Assembly (NCBI GenBank): GCA_963665125.2
Contig: CAXXUK010000001.1
Location: 1,184,001 to 1,248,000 of the forward strand
Source of the DNA: an uncultured Desulfarculus sp.
GTDB lineage: Bacteria > Desulfobacterota > Desulfarculia > Desulfarculales > Desulfarculaceae
DNA: 64,000 nt
Direction of reading: 5' to 3'
In this document: positions 47,917-57,741 of the stretch, piece by piece
How the letters are laid out: every line of letters starts with the position of its first letter
How positions within the stretch are numbered: the first letter of the stretch is position 1
Position numbers and translations under genes: made by a program
Notes under the pieces: generated by a model
The model's database searches: none
What the model was told of the DNA's origin: nothing
The model's input: only the letters and a program-made list of their open reading frames with translations

Positions 47917-50001
47917 ATGAGCGACAAAATTAATCAAACCCGTACTATCGCCCTGGTTGGCCATGGTGGCGCGGGCAAAACATCTTTGGCCGAGGCCATG
48001 CTGTTCAACACCAAAGCCATCGATCGCCTGGGCAAGGTGGACGAAGGCAACACTTCCTTGGACTTCGAGCCCGAAGAAATCAAGCGCGGCGGCAGCGTAA
48101 GCTCGGCTTTCGGCGCCTACACCTACAAGAAGCACAACGTCAGCATGGTGGACTGCCCCGGTGACGACAACTTCCTTTTCGACCCCGCCAGCGCCCTGCG
48201 CGCCGTGGACGGAGCTGTTGTGGTAATCGACGCCATCGACGGCATCAAGGTCCAGGGTGAAAAAGTCTGGCAGTATGTCCAAAAAGCCGAAGTTCCCGCC
48301 CTGGTGGTGGTCAACAAGATGGACCGCGAGCGTGCCGACTTTGAAAAAGCCGTGGAAATGATCCCGGATATGTTCGACATCAAGCCCATCCGGCTGCAAC
48401 TGCCCATCGGCGCGGCTGAAGATTTCAAGGGCGTGGTCGACCTGCTCTCAGGCAAGGCCTACACCTACGCCGCCGACGGCTCGGGCAAGATGGAAACCGG
48501 CGAAGTCCCGGCCGACATGGCCGACGAAGTCGAAGGCATCCGCGAATCCTTGATCGAAGACATCGCCGAGGCCGACGATGAGCTCATGGAACGCTACCTG
48601 GAAGGCGAGGAGATATCCGCCGCCGAGTTGGCCGCGGCCCTCAAAAAAGGCGTTTTGGAGCGGCTTTTCGTTCCGGTAACCGCCTGCGCGGCCTTGAAAA
48701 ACCAGGGCATCCAGAACGTCATGGATCTGGTCAACAGCCTTCTGCCGTCTCCCATCGAGGCCGGCGCGGTCAAGGGCACCGATCCCAAGACCGGCGACGA
48801 AATAGAGCGCGAGCCCAGTGAAACCGCCCCGTTCTGCGGTCTGGTATTTAAGACCATCGCCGATCCTTTTGCCGGCAGCCTTTCAATGGTCCGGGTCTAC
48901 TCGGGCAAGCTTAGCTCTGATCTGACCCTGTTGAACCCCGGCAAGGATGAAAAAGAGAAGTTCGGCCAGCTTTACCAGCAGATCGGCAAGACCCAGAAAG
49001 CCATCGCCGAGGCCATTCCCGGCCAGATCGTGGCCATTCCCAAGCTCAAGGTCACCAAGACCGGCGACACCATCTGTGACGAAAAGGCTCCCATCCAACT
49101 GGATCCCGTGGAAGCCATGCCTCCGGTGATCAACTACGCCATTGAGGCCAAGGAAAAGGGCGACGAGGAAAAGCTTTTCGCCGGCATCAACAAGCTGCTG
49201 GAAGAAGACCCCACCCTGCACCTGGAGCGCGACCCGGCAACGGGCGAGGCCCTGTTGGGCGGAATGGGTTCGGTGCACATCGAAACCACCCTGGAGCGGC
49301 TCAAGCGCAAATTCAGCGTCGAAGTCAACCTGAAGACCCCCATGGTGCCCTACCGCGAGACCATCAAGGGCAAGACCAAGGTCCAGGGCCGCTACAAAAA
49401 GCAGTCCGGCGGCCGCGGCCAGTTCGGTGACACCTGGATCGAGATCGAGCCCGCCGCCGAGGGCGAGGGCTATGTGTTTGTCGACGCCATTGTCGGCGGT
49501 TCCATCCCCCGCCAGTACATCCCGGCAGTGGAAAAAGGCATCGCCGAGGCTCTGAACCAAGGTATCCAGGCCGGTTACCCGGTGGTGGACATCAAGGTCA
49601 CCCTGTACGACGGTTCCTACCACACGGTCGACAGCTCGGAAATGGCTTTCAAGGTGGCCGGTTCCATGGGCTTCAAAAAGGGTGCGCCCGAATGCAAGCC
49701 CACCATCCTCGAGCCGATCATGAAGCTGACCATCACCGTTCCCGAAGACGCCATGGGCGACGTCATGGGCGACATCTCCTCCCGGCGCGGCCGCGTTCTG
49801 GGAATGGACGCCAAGGGCAGCCTGCAGATCATCAACGCCCTGGTTCCCATGTCCGAGGTGCTGACCTATCAGCCCGAGTTGACTTCGTTGACCGGTGGGC
49901 GAGGCGCGTTCTCCATGGAAATGGACCACTACGAGGAAGTACCCGGCGATATCCAGAAGAAGATCGTCGAAACGTATCAGGCTTCCAAGGGAGCTGAATG
50001 A
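47917..50001 (+). CDS. fusA: elongation factor G paralog (EF-G2)
   Basis: GHGGAGKT, DCPG, NKMD, EEDPT, KKQSGGRGQFG, GSYHTVDSSEMAF; not in an str operon; divergent G2 and switch II. Confidence 0.93.
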   Translation: MSDKINQTRTIALVGHGGAGKTSLAEAMLFNTKAIDRLGKVDEGNTSLDFEPEEIKRGGSVSSAFGAYTYKKHNVSMVDCPGDDNFLFDPASALRAVDGAVVVIDAIDGIKVQGEKVWQYVQKAEVPALVVVNKMDRERADFEKAVEMIPDMFDIKPIRLQLPIGAAEDFKGVVDLLSGKAYTYAADGSGKMETGEVPADMADEVEGIRESLIEDIAEADDELMERYLEGEEISAAELAAALKKGVLERLFVPVTACAALKNQGIQNVMDLVNSLLPSPIEAGAVKGTDPKTGDEIEREPSETAPFCGLVFKTIADPFAGSLSMVRVYSGKLSSDLTLLNPGKDEKEKFGQLYQQIGKTQKAIAEAIPGQIVAIPKLKVTKTGDTICDEKAPIQLDPVEAMPPVINYAIEAKEKGDEEKLFAGINKLLEEDPTLHLERDPATGEALLGGMGSVHIETTLERLKRKFSVEVNLKTPMVPYRETIKGKTKVQGRYKKQSGGRGQFGDTWIEIEPAAEGEGYVFVDAIVGGSIPRQYIPAVEKGIAEALNQGIQAGYPVVDIKVTLYDGSYHTVDSSEMAFKVAGSMGFKKGAPECKPTILEPIMKLTITVPEDAMGDVMGDISSRRGRVLGMDAKGSLQIINALVPMSEVLTYQPELTSLTGGRGAFSMEMDHYEEVPGDIQKKIVETYQASKGAE

Positions 50002-50492
50002 TTTCGCATTCAGCCGCCATAGTTACGATTAGCGACAAAGCATCCGAGGGCCTGCGGGACGACACCGCCGGCCCTCGGCTGGTTTCCATGCTGGAGAGCG
50101 CCGGGATATCCGTTGCCGAAACATCGGTGGTGCCCGACGAAATTCCGCTCATAGCCGCGGAGCTTAAGCGCCTGTGCGATGAGGTCGGCCTTAGTTTGGT
50201 GCTGACCACCGGCGGCACGGGCCTTAGCCCCAGGGACGTGACCCCCGAGGCCACCTTGCAAGTCATCGAGCGCGCCGTGCCCGGCCTGACCGAGGCCATG
50301 CGGACCGAGGGCCTGAAAATCACACCCCACGCCATGCTCAGCCGGGCCGTCTGCGGCATCCGCCGCTCAACCCTAATCGTCAACCTGCCCGGATCGCCCA
50401 AGGGGGCCACGGAAAACCTGGCCGCCATCCTGCCCGCCTTGCCCCATGGCCTGGACAAGCTGCGGGGCGACCAAAATGACTGCGCACGGTAG
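49998..50492 (+). CDS. mog: molybdopterin adenylyltransferase (MogA/MoaB family)
   Basis: TISD, VPDE, TTGGTG..PRDVTPEAT, AMLSR, NLPGSPK. Confidence 0.9.
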   Translation: MISHSAAIVTISDKASEGLRDDTAGPRLVSMLESAGISVAETSVVPDEIPLIAAELKRLCDEVGLSLVLTTGGTGLSPRDVTPEATLQVIERAVPGLTEAMRTEGLKITPHAMLSRAVCGIRRSTLIVNLPGSPKGATENLAAILPALPHGLDKLRGDQNDCAR

Positions 50493-50553
50493 GTATTGTG
50501 GGTAATCATTTGGCTTATCTATCTATAACAAAAGCACAATCGGAGTAGCCACA

Positions 50554-50997
50554 ATGCAGGCAACAATGGGTACAACAGGCCGGATATTCGTTTTACGCCT
50601 GGAAGACGGAGACCGCCTGCCCGACTGTATAGAACAATTCGCAACGGAAAACGATGTGAAGCGGGCGTTTTGCTCCATGTTGGGCGGGGTGGGCCCCGGC
50701 GCGCTGATCGTGGGCCCGGAAGACGGAGCAAAAATGCCGCCCGACCCAATGCGCCTGCCCTTGAGCGGAGTGCACGAGGCGGCCTGCGTGGGCACCCTGT
50801 TCCCCGATGAAAACGGCAAAGCCAAGTTGCACATGCACGGGGCCATGGGCCGGGCCGGCCAGACCATCACTGGCTGCGTGCGGGCCGGGGTGGATGTCTG
50901 GCAGATCGGCGAAGTGGTGATTATAGAAATCCTGGGCATCGAGGCCTGCCGCCGGGTGGACCCCAAGACGGGTTTCGAGTTGTTGGAGTTGGAGTAA
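50554..50997 (+). CDS. PPC/DUF296 domain protein
   Basis: LRLEDGD, GG, HE...VGT, LHMH...G, E(V/I) signature. Confidence 0.85.
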   Translation: MQATMGTTGRIFVLRLEDGDRLPDCIEQFATENDVKRAFCSMLGGVGPGALIVGPEDGAKMPPDPMRLPLSGVHEAACVGTLFPDENGKAKLHMHGAMGRAGQTITGCVRAGVDVWQIGEVVIIEILGIEACRRVDPKTGFELLELE

Positions 50998-51014
50998 GCG
51001 CCTGTATTAATAGG

Positions 51015-51605
51015 CTAATTTCCAGTCCAATGTTTGTAACAAGGTACAGGCCAGCTTAAAGCTTTATATACTTTGTTTTCCACCAATGTTAACAGCGCGT
51101 TGGCGCATAATGCCGGATTTTTACGACCCGAAACGGAAGAGTCGGTCTTGGTGAGATGAGCAGAAGCCTTCATGGCAGAGAATAGGGTTTCCTTAAACGC
51201 AAGTTCCAAGTCTTCGCTAAGCTTATCATTCTCAACATCAAACTCATTTTTCGCTACAGCTTGTAGGTTAAGCGGGGCTTTAGTTATATGATGATCTGTG
51301 TCTTCTTTTGGGGGACAATCAAAATCCAATTTGGTTTCTGAAATATCCCCCTTACTAGTAACGTTATTGTGCTTCTTTAGTCGTATCCCTAGAAAATCCG
51401 CAATTACTCGGCACGTCAGCAACCCAGCATCGATCATTGGGTTAACAAGCAGCATGACCTGGTCTTCAGGTATTGGCGCCAGCGGAGTGCGAAGTACTCC
51501 GTTCTCCAAGGGAATACCTCCTGCAAGCCAAATCAGCCCATCAAGGTGTGCCATACGATAAGGCAGATGGACATTTAAAAACTCTTCCCTTTCCTTATCC
51601 GTCAT
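51015..51605 (-). CDS. AT-rich hypothetical helical protein, possibly HEPN-like
   Basis: HLPY, N..I...L..CR.I.DFLG, KASAHLT; atypical codon usage; RBS AAGGGAG. Confidence 0.6.
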   Translation of the reverse strand: MTDKEREEFLNVHLPYRMAHLDGLIWLAGGIPLENGVLRTPLAPIPEDQVMLLVNPMIDAGLLTCRVIADFLGIRLKKHNNVTSKGDISETKLDFDCPPKEDTDHHITKAPLNLQAVAKNEFDVENDKLSEDLELAFKETLFSAMKASAHLTKTDSSVSGRKNPALCANALLTLVENKVYKALSWPVPCYKHWTGN

Positions 51606-51746
51606 CTTTCCGCTCCCTTTTCAGGTTTGCAAGCTGGAATCCACGGTGTTGTTGGTAGTTATGTTTGGTCCGGTATTCCGGGCCGTTAGGCCCACAACAC
51701 CAAGGTATTTATTTGCCGTATGCTATTCCGGCTTGGCCCAAACTCA

Positions 51747-52265
51747 TCATTGCCGGGTCAGCCGGCAAACAACCTCTTCTTCGCCGCCCTGCCCGCTTAT
51801 TTCCCGGAAGCCGCACTTGTCCAAGACCCGGCGTGAAGAAGCGTTACCCGGCCTGGTTCGGGCTTCGATGGCGGCAACATCGTCATGGGCCAAGGCCCAG
51901 CCAACCAGGGCATGGGCCATCTCAGTGGCATATCCCTGGCCCCGGTGCTCTTGGGCCACGGAAAAGCCCAACATCACCAAATCGTTTTCATCAGGCGGGC
52001 CGATGAAGCCGCCCGCCCCCACCAAAACAGAGTCCGGGCCATTGGTCCGGGCGTACCAGCCATACCAGCCCACCGCACTGGTACCGCCCCGGGTTAGTTT
52101 GTCGAGGAGATATTCCTGGGCCTGGCGGTCATACTCGCCCGGAGGCCAATCGGCGGGCATCCTGGCTGCCAACAGGCTGCCCAAATGTTCGGAGCGGTCC
52201 AGCTCGGCCTTCAGATGGGCGACCTCCGCGGCAATGAGAGTAAGTCGCCCGGTTTGCAGATGCAT
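51747..52265 (-). CDS. GNAT N-acetyltransferase (RimJ/RimL-like)
   Basis: LQTGRLTL, HRGQGYATE, N.SSRRVLDKCGF. Confidence 0.85.
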   Translation of the reverse strand: MHLQTGRLTLIAAEVAHLKAELDRSEHLGSLLAARMPADWPPGEYDRQAQEYLLDKLTRGGTSAVGWYGWYARTNGPDSVLVGAGGFIGPPDENDLVMLGFSVAQEHRGQGYATEMAHALVGWALAHDDVAAIEARTRPGNASSRRVLDKCGFREISGQGGEEEVVCRLTRQ

Positions 52266-52266
52266 A

Positions 52267-53088
52267 TCAGGCGACCATATCCCTGATGATATCAGCGACA
52301 GGGCGAATCTGATGGATCAGCCCGGTCACCTGCCCTGCGGGCCAGAACTCGCCCTTACCGCCCAGCATCTCGGCCAATTCCTCGCTGATCACCCTGGCCA
52401 GGACCTTGCCGCCCTTGCCTTGCAGCATGGTGTCGGACACTCCAGCTTGGCAAAGAGCCTCCTTCCAGCTGTCCGAGGCCTTGCATTCGGCCGCGCTGAT
52501 GAAGGCAGTGCCCGCCTGCACGCCTTGGGCCCCCAGGGCCATTGCCGCCCGATAGCCCCGGCTGTCGGCTATGCCACCTGCCGCGGCCACGGGTATGTCC
52601 ACGGCATCGCACACCGCCGGGATCAGAACCATGGTGCCGATGCCCCCCGGCCCCTGCAATCCGCCGGACTCGCCGCCCTCGGCAATCACGGCGTCGGCGC
52701 CGGATTCCTGCACTCTTTCCGCTCCCTTAACATTACCCACAACATGTAGTACCTTTAATCCGGCGTCCTTGCACATGGGTACTATTGCCGTGGGCGGCCC
52801 GGCCGAGGTGGTCACCGCGCGGATGCCTTCGGCCACCAACACCTTGATAAATTCCGGGGCGTTTTCATCCCGTGCAGCCAGGTTCACACCAAATGGTTTG
52901 TCTGTGAGCCCCCTGACAATAGCTATTTTGGCCTTCAATTCGTCAGCGTTAGCACAGTTTTTAGCAACAAGTAACCCATATCCGCCAGCATCGCTCACAG
53001 CAGCCACAAGCTCGGGGTTGTTGATCCGGGACATGGCCCCCAGGATGATCGGGTACTCGGTTCCCAGGATTTTGGCTATGGCGCTCAT
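52267..53088 (-). CDS. nitronate monooxygenase / FabK-like FMN oxidoreductase
   Basis: YPIILGAM, AAVSDAGG.G, KPFGVN, AEGGESGG, AAGGIAD, GVQAGT, AGQ..GLI. Confidence 0.85.
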   Translation of the reverse strand: MSAIAKILGTEYPIILGAMSRINNPELVAAVSDAGGYGLLVAKNCANADELKAKIAIVRGLTDKPFGVNLAARDENAPEFIKVLVAEGIRAVTTSAGPPTAIVPMCKDAGLKVLHVVGNVKGAERVQESGADAVIAEGGESGGLQGPGGIGTMVLIPAVCDAVDIPVAAAGGIADSRGYRAAMALGAQGVQAGTAFISAAECKASDSWKEALCQAGVSDTMLQGKGGKVLARVISEELAEMLGGKGEFWPAGQVTGLIHQIRPVADIIRDMVA

Positions 53089-53120
53089 TTTATTTCTCTT
53101 CCGTGGCGGTTAGTGAGTTC

Positions 53121-53561
53121 CTAAAACTTGTCCAGCGTAATGGTGACCTTGCTGTCCGAATCCTTGGTGCAACGCGGGTTGCGGGCGTTTTTTAGCGTAT
53201 CTTCGAGCACCTGGACGTGCAGCACGTACTCATTGGCCGTAAAACTGTTCATGATCGCCCTGTAATAGATGCTGGTGTGCTGCTTGCTACCGTCTAGGCC
53301 TTGGATGCGTGCCTGGTCGTCCTTTTTCTGAAACCAAACAACTATGCCGCCGTCGTAGCGCTTTTCGCAATAGGCCAGGGAATACTTCTCCAGCATTGCC
53401 GGTTTGGCGGTAATGTAAAAAAACTTATACCAATTGTTCTCGACGATATCAAAGCCCAAATACTGGGTTTCACTGTAAAAGGCCAGCGCCGAGCCCGCTG
53501 CGGCCAGCCCGCCGAACAGCAGCGTGGCGACCATCGCCACCTTGATCAACCTCTTCTTCAT
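53121..53561 (-). CDS. exported hypothetical protein
   Basis: Strong RBS GGGGAGG; signal peptide MKKRL...ALA; two cysteines in the mature part. Confidence 0.7.
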   Translation of the reverse strand: MKKRLIKVAMVATLLFGGLAAAGSALAFYSETQYLGFDIVENNWYKFFYITAKPAMLEKYSLAYCEKRYDGGIVVWFQKKDDQARIQGLDGSKQHTSIYYRAIMNSFTANEYVLHVQVLEDTLKNARNPRCTKDSDSKVTITLDKF

Positions 53562-53687
53562 TTCACCCTCCCCCTTTCTTATCGAGTGTAAAACCAGCCG
53601 AATTATCGAAAACAATGTTTAACTGGGTTTAAGAATTACCCCTTTTGCACTCAGCATTAGAATATTAACTCTATTCCATCGGCGAAG

Positions 53688-54137
53688 TCAAACCACAGGG
53701 ATATCAACCTTAATACCAAGGCGTTCAAGCATTTTTGAGGCACGCTCACCGTGGCTGCCCGGCCAAAAGACCTTGCGGCATCGTGGGCAGATGAAAAACC
53801 GCTCGGCCGTGGCGGCTATGTAATCCGGCACAATGCCCGCGGCCTGCTCGCGGTCAATGGGCTCCACGGGCTCGTTGCACTCCAGGCAGCGGGAAAACAA
53901 CCCGCTTGGTCCGATTGTTTGGGACAGATTGGCCGTGGCTTGCCTTAGCTGGTCGCGGATGTCGTCATGGGAAATGAACGCCACACCTGGTTTGTGGGCC
54001 CAGGCCGTGCGGCGGGTGAAGAATATTGCTCCGGGCGGGACCCGAACCGGCGGTTTTTCCAGGATACGGGCATCGTGGCCCAACAGGCGCAGCCAGCGCG
54101 CAAGGCGGGCCAACATGGAATCAACGAGCAAGATCAT
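53688..54137 (-). CDS. Mut7-C RNase (PIN-like) domain protein with zinc ribbon
   Basis: VDSMLARLARWLRLLGHD, SRCLECN, CPRCRKVFWPGSH. Confidence 0.85.
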   Translation of the reverse strand: MILLVDSMLARLARWLRLLGHDARILEKPPVRVPPGAIFFTRRTAWAHKPGVAFISHDDIRDQLRQATANLSQTIGPSGLFSRCLECNEPVEPIDREQAAGIVPDYIAATAERFFICPRCRKVFWPGSHGERASKMLERLGIKVDIPVV

Positions 54138-54982
54138 TCCTGCAACCAGAAGATCTCCACGCCCTCGACCATCTCTGTTTCAAAGATGTCGCTGTCGAAT
54201 TCCTTGTTGTATTCCACGCTGTCGTTTTCCAAGGTCAGGGAGCGGCCGTCCGAGCCAAGGGTTTCCATGTTTTTCGGAAAGAACCAGGGCCCCAGCGGAG
54301 AAAAATCGCTGTAAACACAGTTATATGATTCGGTCTTATCGCCCTGTTGGCTCATCTGGGCCTTTACCACCGAATAATCCGCTATGCGGAAGCGAATCCG
54401 CTCCATCACCTTGGAGGCCGAGTCGGACAACACGAGTAATGCCTTGGCATCTTCCTCGGCGGATAATGAGGTGACAAGCATGTTCTCCAGCATCGGGGCG
54501 CTGCCGCCCAACAAGGCGTAAATTTCGTCGGGCGATAGGGCCACGCCAAGGAATGCGCCGATGTTTTTGCGGGTCGCCCGGCCCATGTAGATGCGGTTTT
54601 CATCAAAGGCTAACACTGAAAGACGGTTGCCGTCGGCCACCAGGCGCAGGACCGGTTGACCGAACGGACCGAAGACATCGGCCCGGATTCTGTCGGGATA
54701 GACACCCCATATAACGTGATCGCCATATAGCTCCGAGCCGTCGGGCATTGTCACGCTGATGGCGCCCTGCATGAAAAAGCTACGCAGGGCCTGCCGACGA
54801 AGCTCAAGCCTTTCAACTACATGCTCCGGTTTGGGCAATTCACCAATAACGGGGCTTTGAGGGGTGGCTATGCAAGAACTGATCATCATGCAAACGGTCA
54901 GGAGGACCATTGTCAAAAAGGATATGGCGGTGTTACACCGCTCAGTTCTTTTCCCCCGAAGTGTTTTGCAGTTTATTTTCAC
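54134..54982 (-). CDS. LolA/LolB-fold (DUF4292-like) lipoprotein
   Basis: Lipobox ISSC; PDRIR.DV.GPFG; downstream of a TPR gene as in TPR-lolB pairs; start uncertain. Confidence 0.65.
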   Translation of the reverse strand: MKINCKTLRGKRTERCNTAISFLTMVLLTVCMMISSCIATPQSPVIGELPKPEHVVERLELRRQALRSFFMQGAISVTMPDGSELYGDHVIWGVYPDRIRADVFGPFGQPVLRLVADGNRLSVLAFDENRIYMGRATRKNIGAFLGVALSPDEIYALLGGSAPMLENMLVTSLSAEEDAKALLVLSDSASKVMERIRFRIADYSVVKAQMSQQGDKTESYNCVYSDFSPLGPWFFPKNMETLGSDGRSLTLENDSVEYNKEFDSDIFETEMVEGVEIFWLQE

Positions 54983-56696
54983 GGGCCTTCTTCAGCTTGT
55001 TCTGCAGCGATTGTGTTTCTTTATGTCCCAGTTCGATGGCCTTTTCATAGGCTGCCACGGCCTCTTTCCAAAGTCCGAGCTTGCCGGCGGCGTCGCCGAG
55101 GTGGCTGTATATTTCCGCGTCATCCTCCCCGGATAGTGCGGCCCGGGAAAGATAAGTATAGGCCTGTTGATATTGGCCGCGCTTGTAAAAAACCCATCCA
55201 AGGCTATCGAGTATATAGCCGCTTTGAGGTTCAACGGCCAGGGCCCTTCTGATCAAGTCTTCGGCCTGATCAAGATCATCTCCCTCGTCGGCCAGGACAT
55301 AACCCAGGTAATTGAGAGCCCTGGAATGCCGCTCATCCAGCTTGATGGCTTGGTGCATCTGCTCCAACGCCTGGCCTCGTTTGCCCAGATTGTCCAAAAC
55401 CACGCCCAGCCTGAAATGGATCTCGGCGCTGGTGGGCTCCAACTCCAGGGCCTGGCGCAGGAGTTTTTCCGCATCATCGCGTTTTTTCTGTGAATCCTTT
55501 ATCGCCGCCATGGCCACCAGCAGATCAGAATCCTTTGGTTCGCTTTTTCTGGCCTCGGCCAATATATCCAAGGCCTCCTGCTTGCGGCCGTCCTGCAACA
55601 GCATGTCGGCCTGATGGAGCCTGGAATCGATAAAAAATTCGGAATCCTTGTCTATCAGCCGGAAGACCTGGATGGCTTCATTATGTTTGCCGGCCTCCTG
55701 CAAGGCGGCTCCAAGGTAATAGCGGGCCCGTTCGTTCTGGGGCTCATCGTTTAAAATGCCCCGGAACTCCTCGACCGCCAGATCGAACTTGCGTTCTTCA
55801 AGGTAGACCAGGCCGATCTTCAGCCTCACCTCGCTGTCGTCGCTGCTGATGCCCTTTACAATGGCGAATTCATGGAGGGCCTCTTCATAGCGGCCCGTGC
55901 TCAGATAAAAACGTCCCAGGCGGTCGTGGGCAACCGTGGAATCGGGGTTTGCATTGAGAATGCGCAGGTAAACGCCCTCCGCTTCACGGTATTTGTGCTG
56001 TTGTTCGTACACGGAAGCCAATTCAAAGCTGACAGCCTCGAAGCCAGGCGCAATAAGCAGAGCGGCCTTGAATTGATCTTCGGCCTGCTTGTAACGCTTC
56101 AGGGCCGCCAGAGCCTGGCCCAGGTAATAGCGGGAAAGGGCCAGCTTGGGCCGCATCTCCACCAGGCGTCCCAACACCTTCACGGCGTCTTCCATGCGCC
56201 CCTGGTCCATCAGAAGCGTGCCCAGGTACAAACGGGCCTCCTGTTGATCCGGATCCAGGGCCAATGCCTTTTCAAATGCCTGGACCGCCCTTGTCAGATC
56301 CTGCAGGCCGGAATAGATACCGCCCAGCATGAGCCAGCCGTCAACCAACTTTGGGTCTATTTTTACGGCGGCCTCGGCCTCGAGCAATGCCTGTTCGTTA
56401 CGGCCCATGCCCGCGTAGATGCGGGCGGCCTCAATCCGCAAATACGCGCTTTCGGGGTCGGTGGCAACCGCCTTTTGCAACCAAGCCAGACCCTCTTTCT
56501 TGTCACCGTTGGCAAAAGCCATTCTGGCGGTGGCATACATGGCCAGCGGGCTGCGTCCGGCAGCCGGCTTTTCAACGACCGGCTGGCTTGGCTCCATTGC
56601 CGCGCATCCGGCAATGAGTGACAGCAACAACAGCGCGGTCATTAGAGCCGCAATCTTGAAAACGCCCCGCAATTTATCAACCGTCCGGATTGTCAA
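54942..56696 (-). CDS. TPR-repeat lipoprotein
   Basis: Lipobox LIAGC, many TPRs, C-terminal ALNYLGY.LAD...YILDSLGWV.Y...HLGD; TTG start right after the rpoH stop (uncertain). Confidence 0.85.
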   Translation of the reverse strand: MTIRTVDKLRGVFKIAALMTALLLLSLIAGCAAMEPSQPVVEKPAAGRSPLAMYATARMAFANGDKKEGLAWLQKAVATDPESAYLRIEAARIYAGMGRNEQALLEAEAAVKIDPKLVDGWLMLGGIYSGLQDLTRAVQAFEKALALDPDQQEARLYLGTLLMDQGRMEDAVKVLGRLVEMRPKLALSRYYLGQALAALKRYKQAEDQFKAALLIAPGFEAVSFELASVYEQQHKYREAEGVYLRILNANPDSTVAHDRLGRFYLSTGRYEEALHEFAIVKGISSDDSEVRLKIGLVYLEERKFDLAVEEFRGILNDEPQNERARYYLGAALQEAGKHNEAIQVFRLIDKDSEFFIDSRLHQADMLLQDGRKQEALDILAEARKSEPKDSDLLVAMAAIKDSQKKRDDAEKLLRQALELEPTSAEIHFRLGVVLDNLGKRGQALEQMHQAIKLDERHSRALNYLGYVLADEGDDLDQAEDLIRRALAVEPQSGYILDSLGWVFYKRGQYQQAYTYLSRAALSGEDDAEIYSHLGDAAGKLGLWKEAVAAYEKAIELGHKETQSLQNKLKKARENKLQNTSGEKN

Positions 56697-56697
56697 C

Positions 56698-57741
56698 TTA
56701 GTCCCCGGCAACAAGGTCTGAAAATTGGCCTTCAAAATCCGGGATTTGCTCTTCGAGGTATTCCCGCAGATTTTCCATGAGCCTCACCTGTAACTGTCTG
56801 ATCCGTTCCCTGCTCACTCCATGGCGCTCGCCAAGATCGCTGAGCGTTTCTGGTTTCTCGCTGAGCAGTCTGTTATCAAGAATATCTCTATCTTTTTCGT
56901 CAAGGGTTTCGCGAAAATCCATGATTTTTTCATGGAATAGCGATTTTAGTTCATTATCGGCCAAATTTTCCTCTGCCGTGGCTTCATCCGAAGGCAAGAG
57001 GTTCTTGTGGGTGTCGTCCGAATCGTCGCGCACCGGTGAATCAAGGCTTAGTTCCCAGGAGTCAAGACGCTGTTCCATCTCGATGACGTCTTTTTCCGTG
57101 ACGCCCAAGCGGTCGCTCAACAACCTGGGGCCGGGCGTAATCCCCTGGGCTTGGAGCTTTTCTTTTTCACGGCGCAGTTTGTAAAAAAGTTTTCTCTGGG
57201 CCTGGGTGGTGCCGACCCTGACCATGCGCCAGTTGTCCATAATGAATTTCAGGATATAGGCCTTGATCCAAAATGAAGCGTAATAAGAAAATTTGATATC
57301 CCTGAAAGGATCGAACTTTTGCACTGCCTGCAACAGGCCAATATTGCCTTCCTGGATAAGATCCAAAAGGTTGCGCATCCAGTAGCGCTGATGGTCCATG
57401 GCGATTTTCACCACCAGCCGCAGGTTGCTGGTGACAAGTCTGGCCGCCGCTTCTGGGTCCTTGGTTTTGGCGTATCTCTGGGCCAGTTCCGTTTCCTCTT
57501 CCCTGGTCAACAACGGATATTGTCTGGCCTCCCAGAGATACCTCTGCAAAGTGCCCATTTGCGACGTCGCGGGCATTTGCTTTTCATCGCCGACAAGCAC
57601 GGGCGCGTTGGCGGCCAGGTCTTCATCCTGGTCCTCCGCATCGTCCGAATCCATTATTTCCGGCTCCAGCACATCAACTTCCAAATCTGAAACCAGATTG
57701 TCTCCGTTGTTTGCATTGTCGGATTTTGATTCCCGGCTCAT
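56698..57741 (-). CDS. rpoH: RNA polymerase sigma-32 family factor
   Basis: LVTSNLRLVVKIA, DLIQEGNIGL, YASFWIKA, RpoH-box-like TTQAQRKLFYKLR, SRERIRQ. Confidence 0.88.
   Translation of the reverse strand: MSRESKSDNANNGDNLVSDLEVDVLEPEIMDSDDAEDQDEDLAANAPVLVGDEKQMPATSQMGTLQRYLWEARQYPLLTREEETELAQRYAKTKDPEAAARLVTSNLRLVVKIAMDHQRYWMRNLLDLIQEGNIGLLQAVQKFDPFRDIKFSYYASFWIKAYILKFIMDNWRMVRVGTTQAQRKLFYKLRREKEKLQAQGITPGPRLLSDRLGVTEKDVIEMEQRLDSWELSLDSPVRDDSDDTHKNLLPSDEATAEENLADNELKSLFHEKIMDFRETLDEKDRDILDNRLLSEKPETLSDLGERHGVSRERIRQLQVRLMENLREYLEEQIPDFEGQFSDLVAGD

Noticed and set aside
51600..51750. GTTAGGC/GCCTAAC core suggesting an integron attC site (also at ~11727)
   Set aside because: There is no matching second core or attC-length imperfect palindrome; single 7-mers are expected by chance.
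51646..52749. 367-aa plus-strand ORF
   Set aside because: It lies antisense to the GNAT and NMO-like genes and has a Ser/Arg/Pro-rich, non-protein-like composition.
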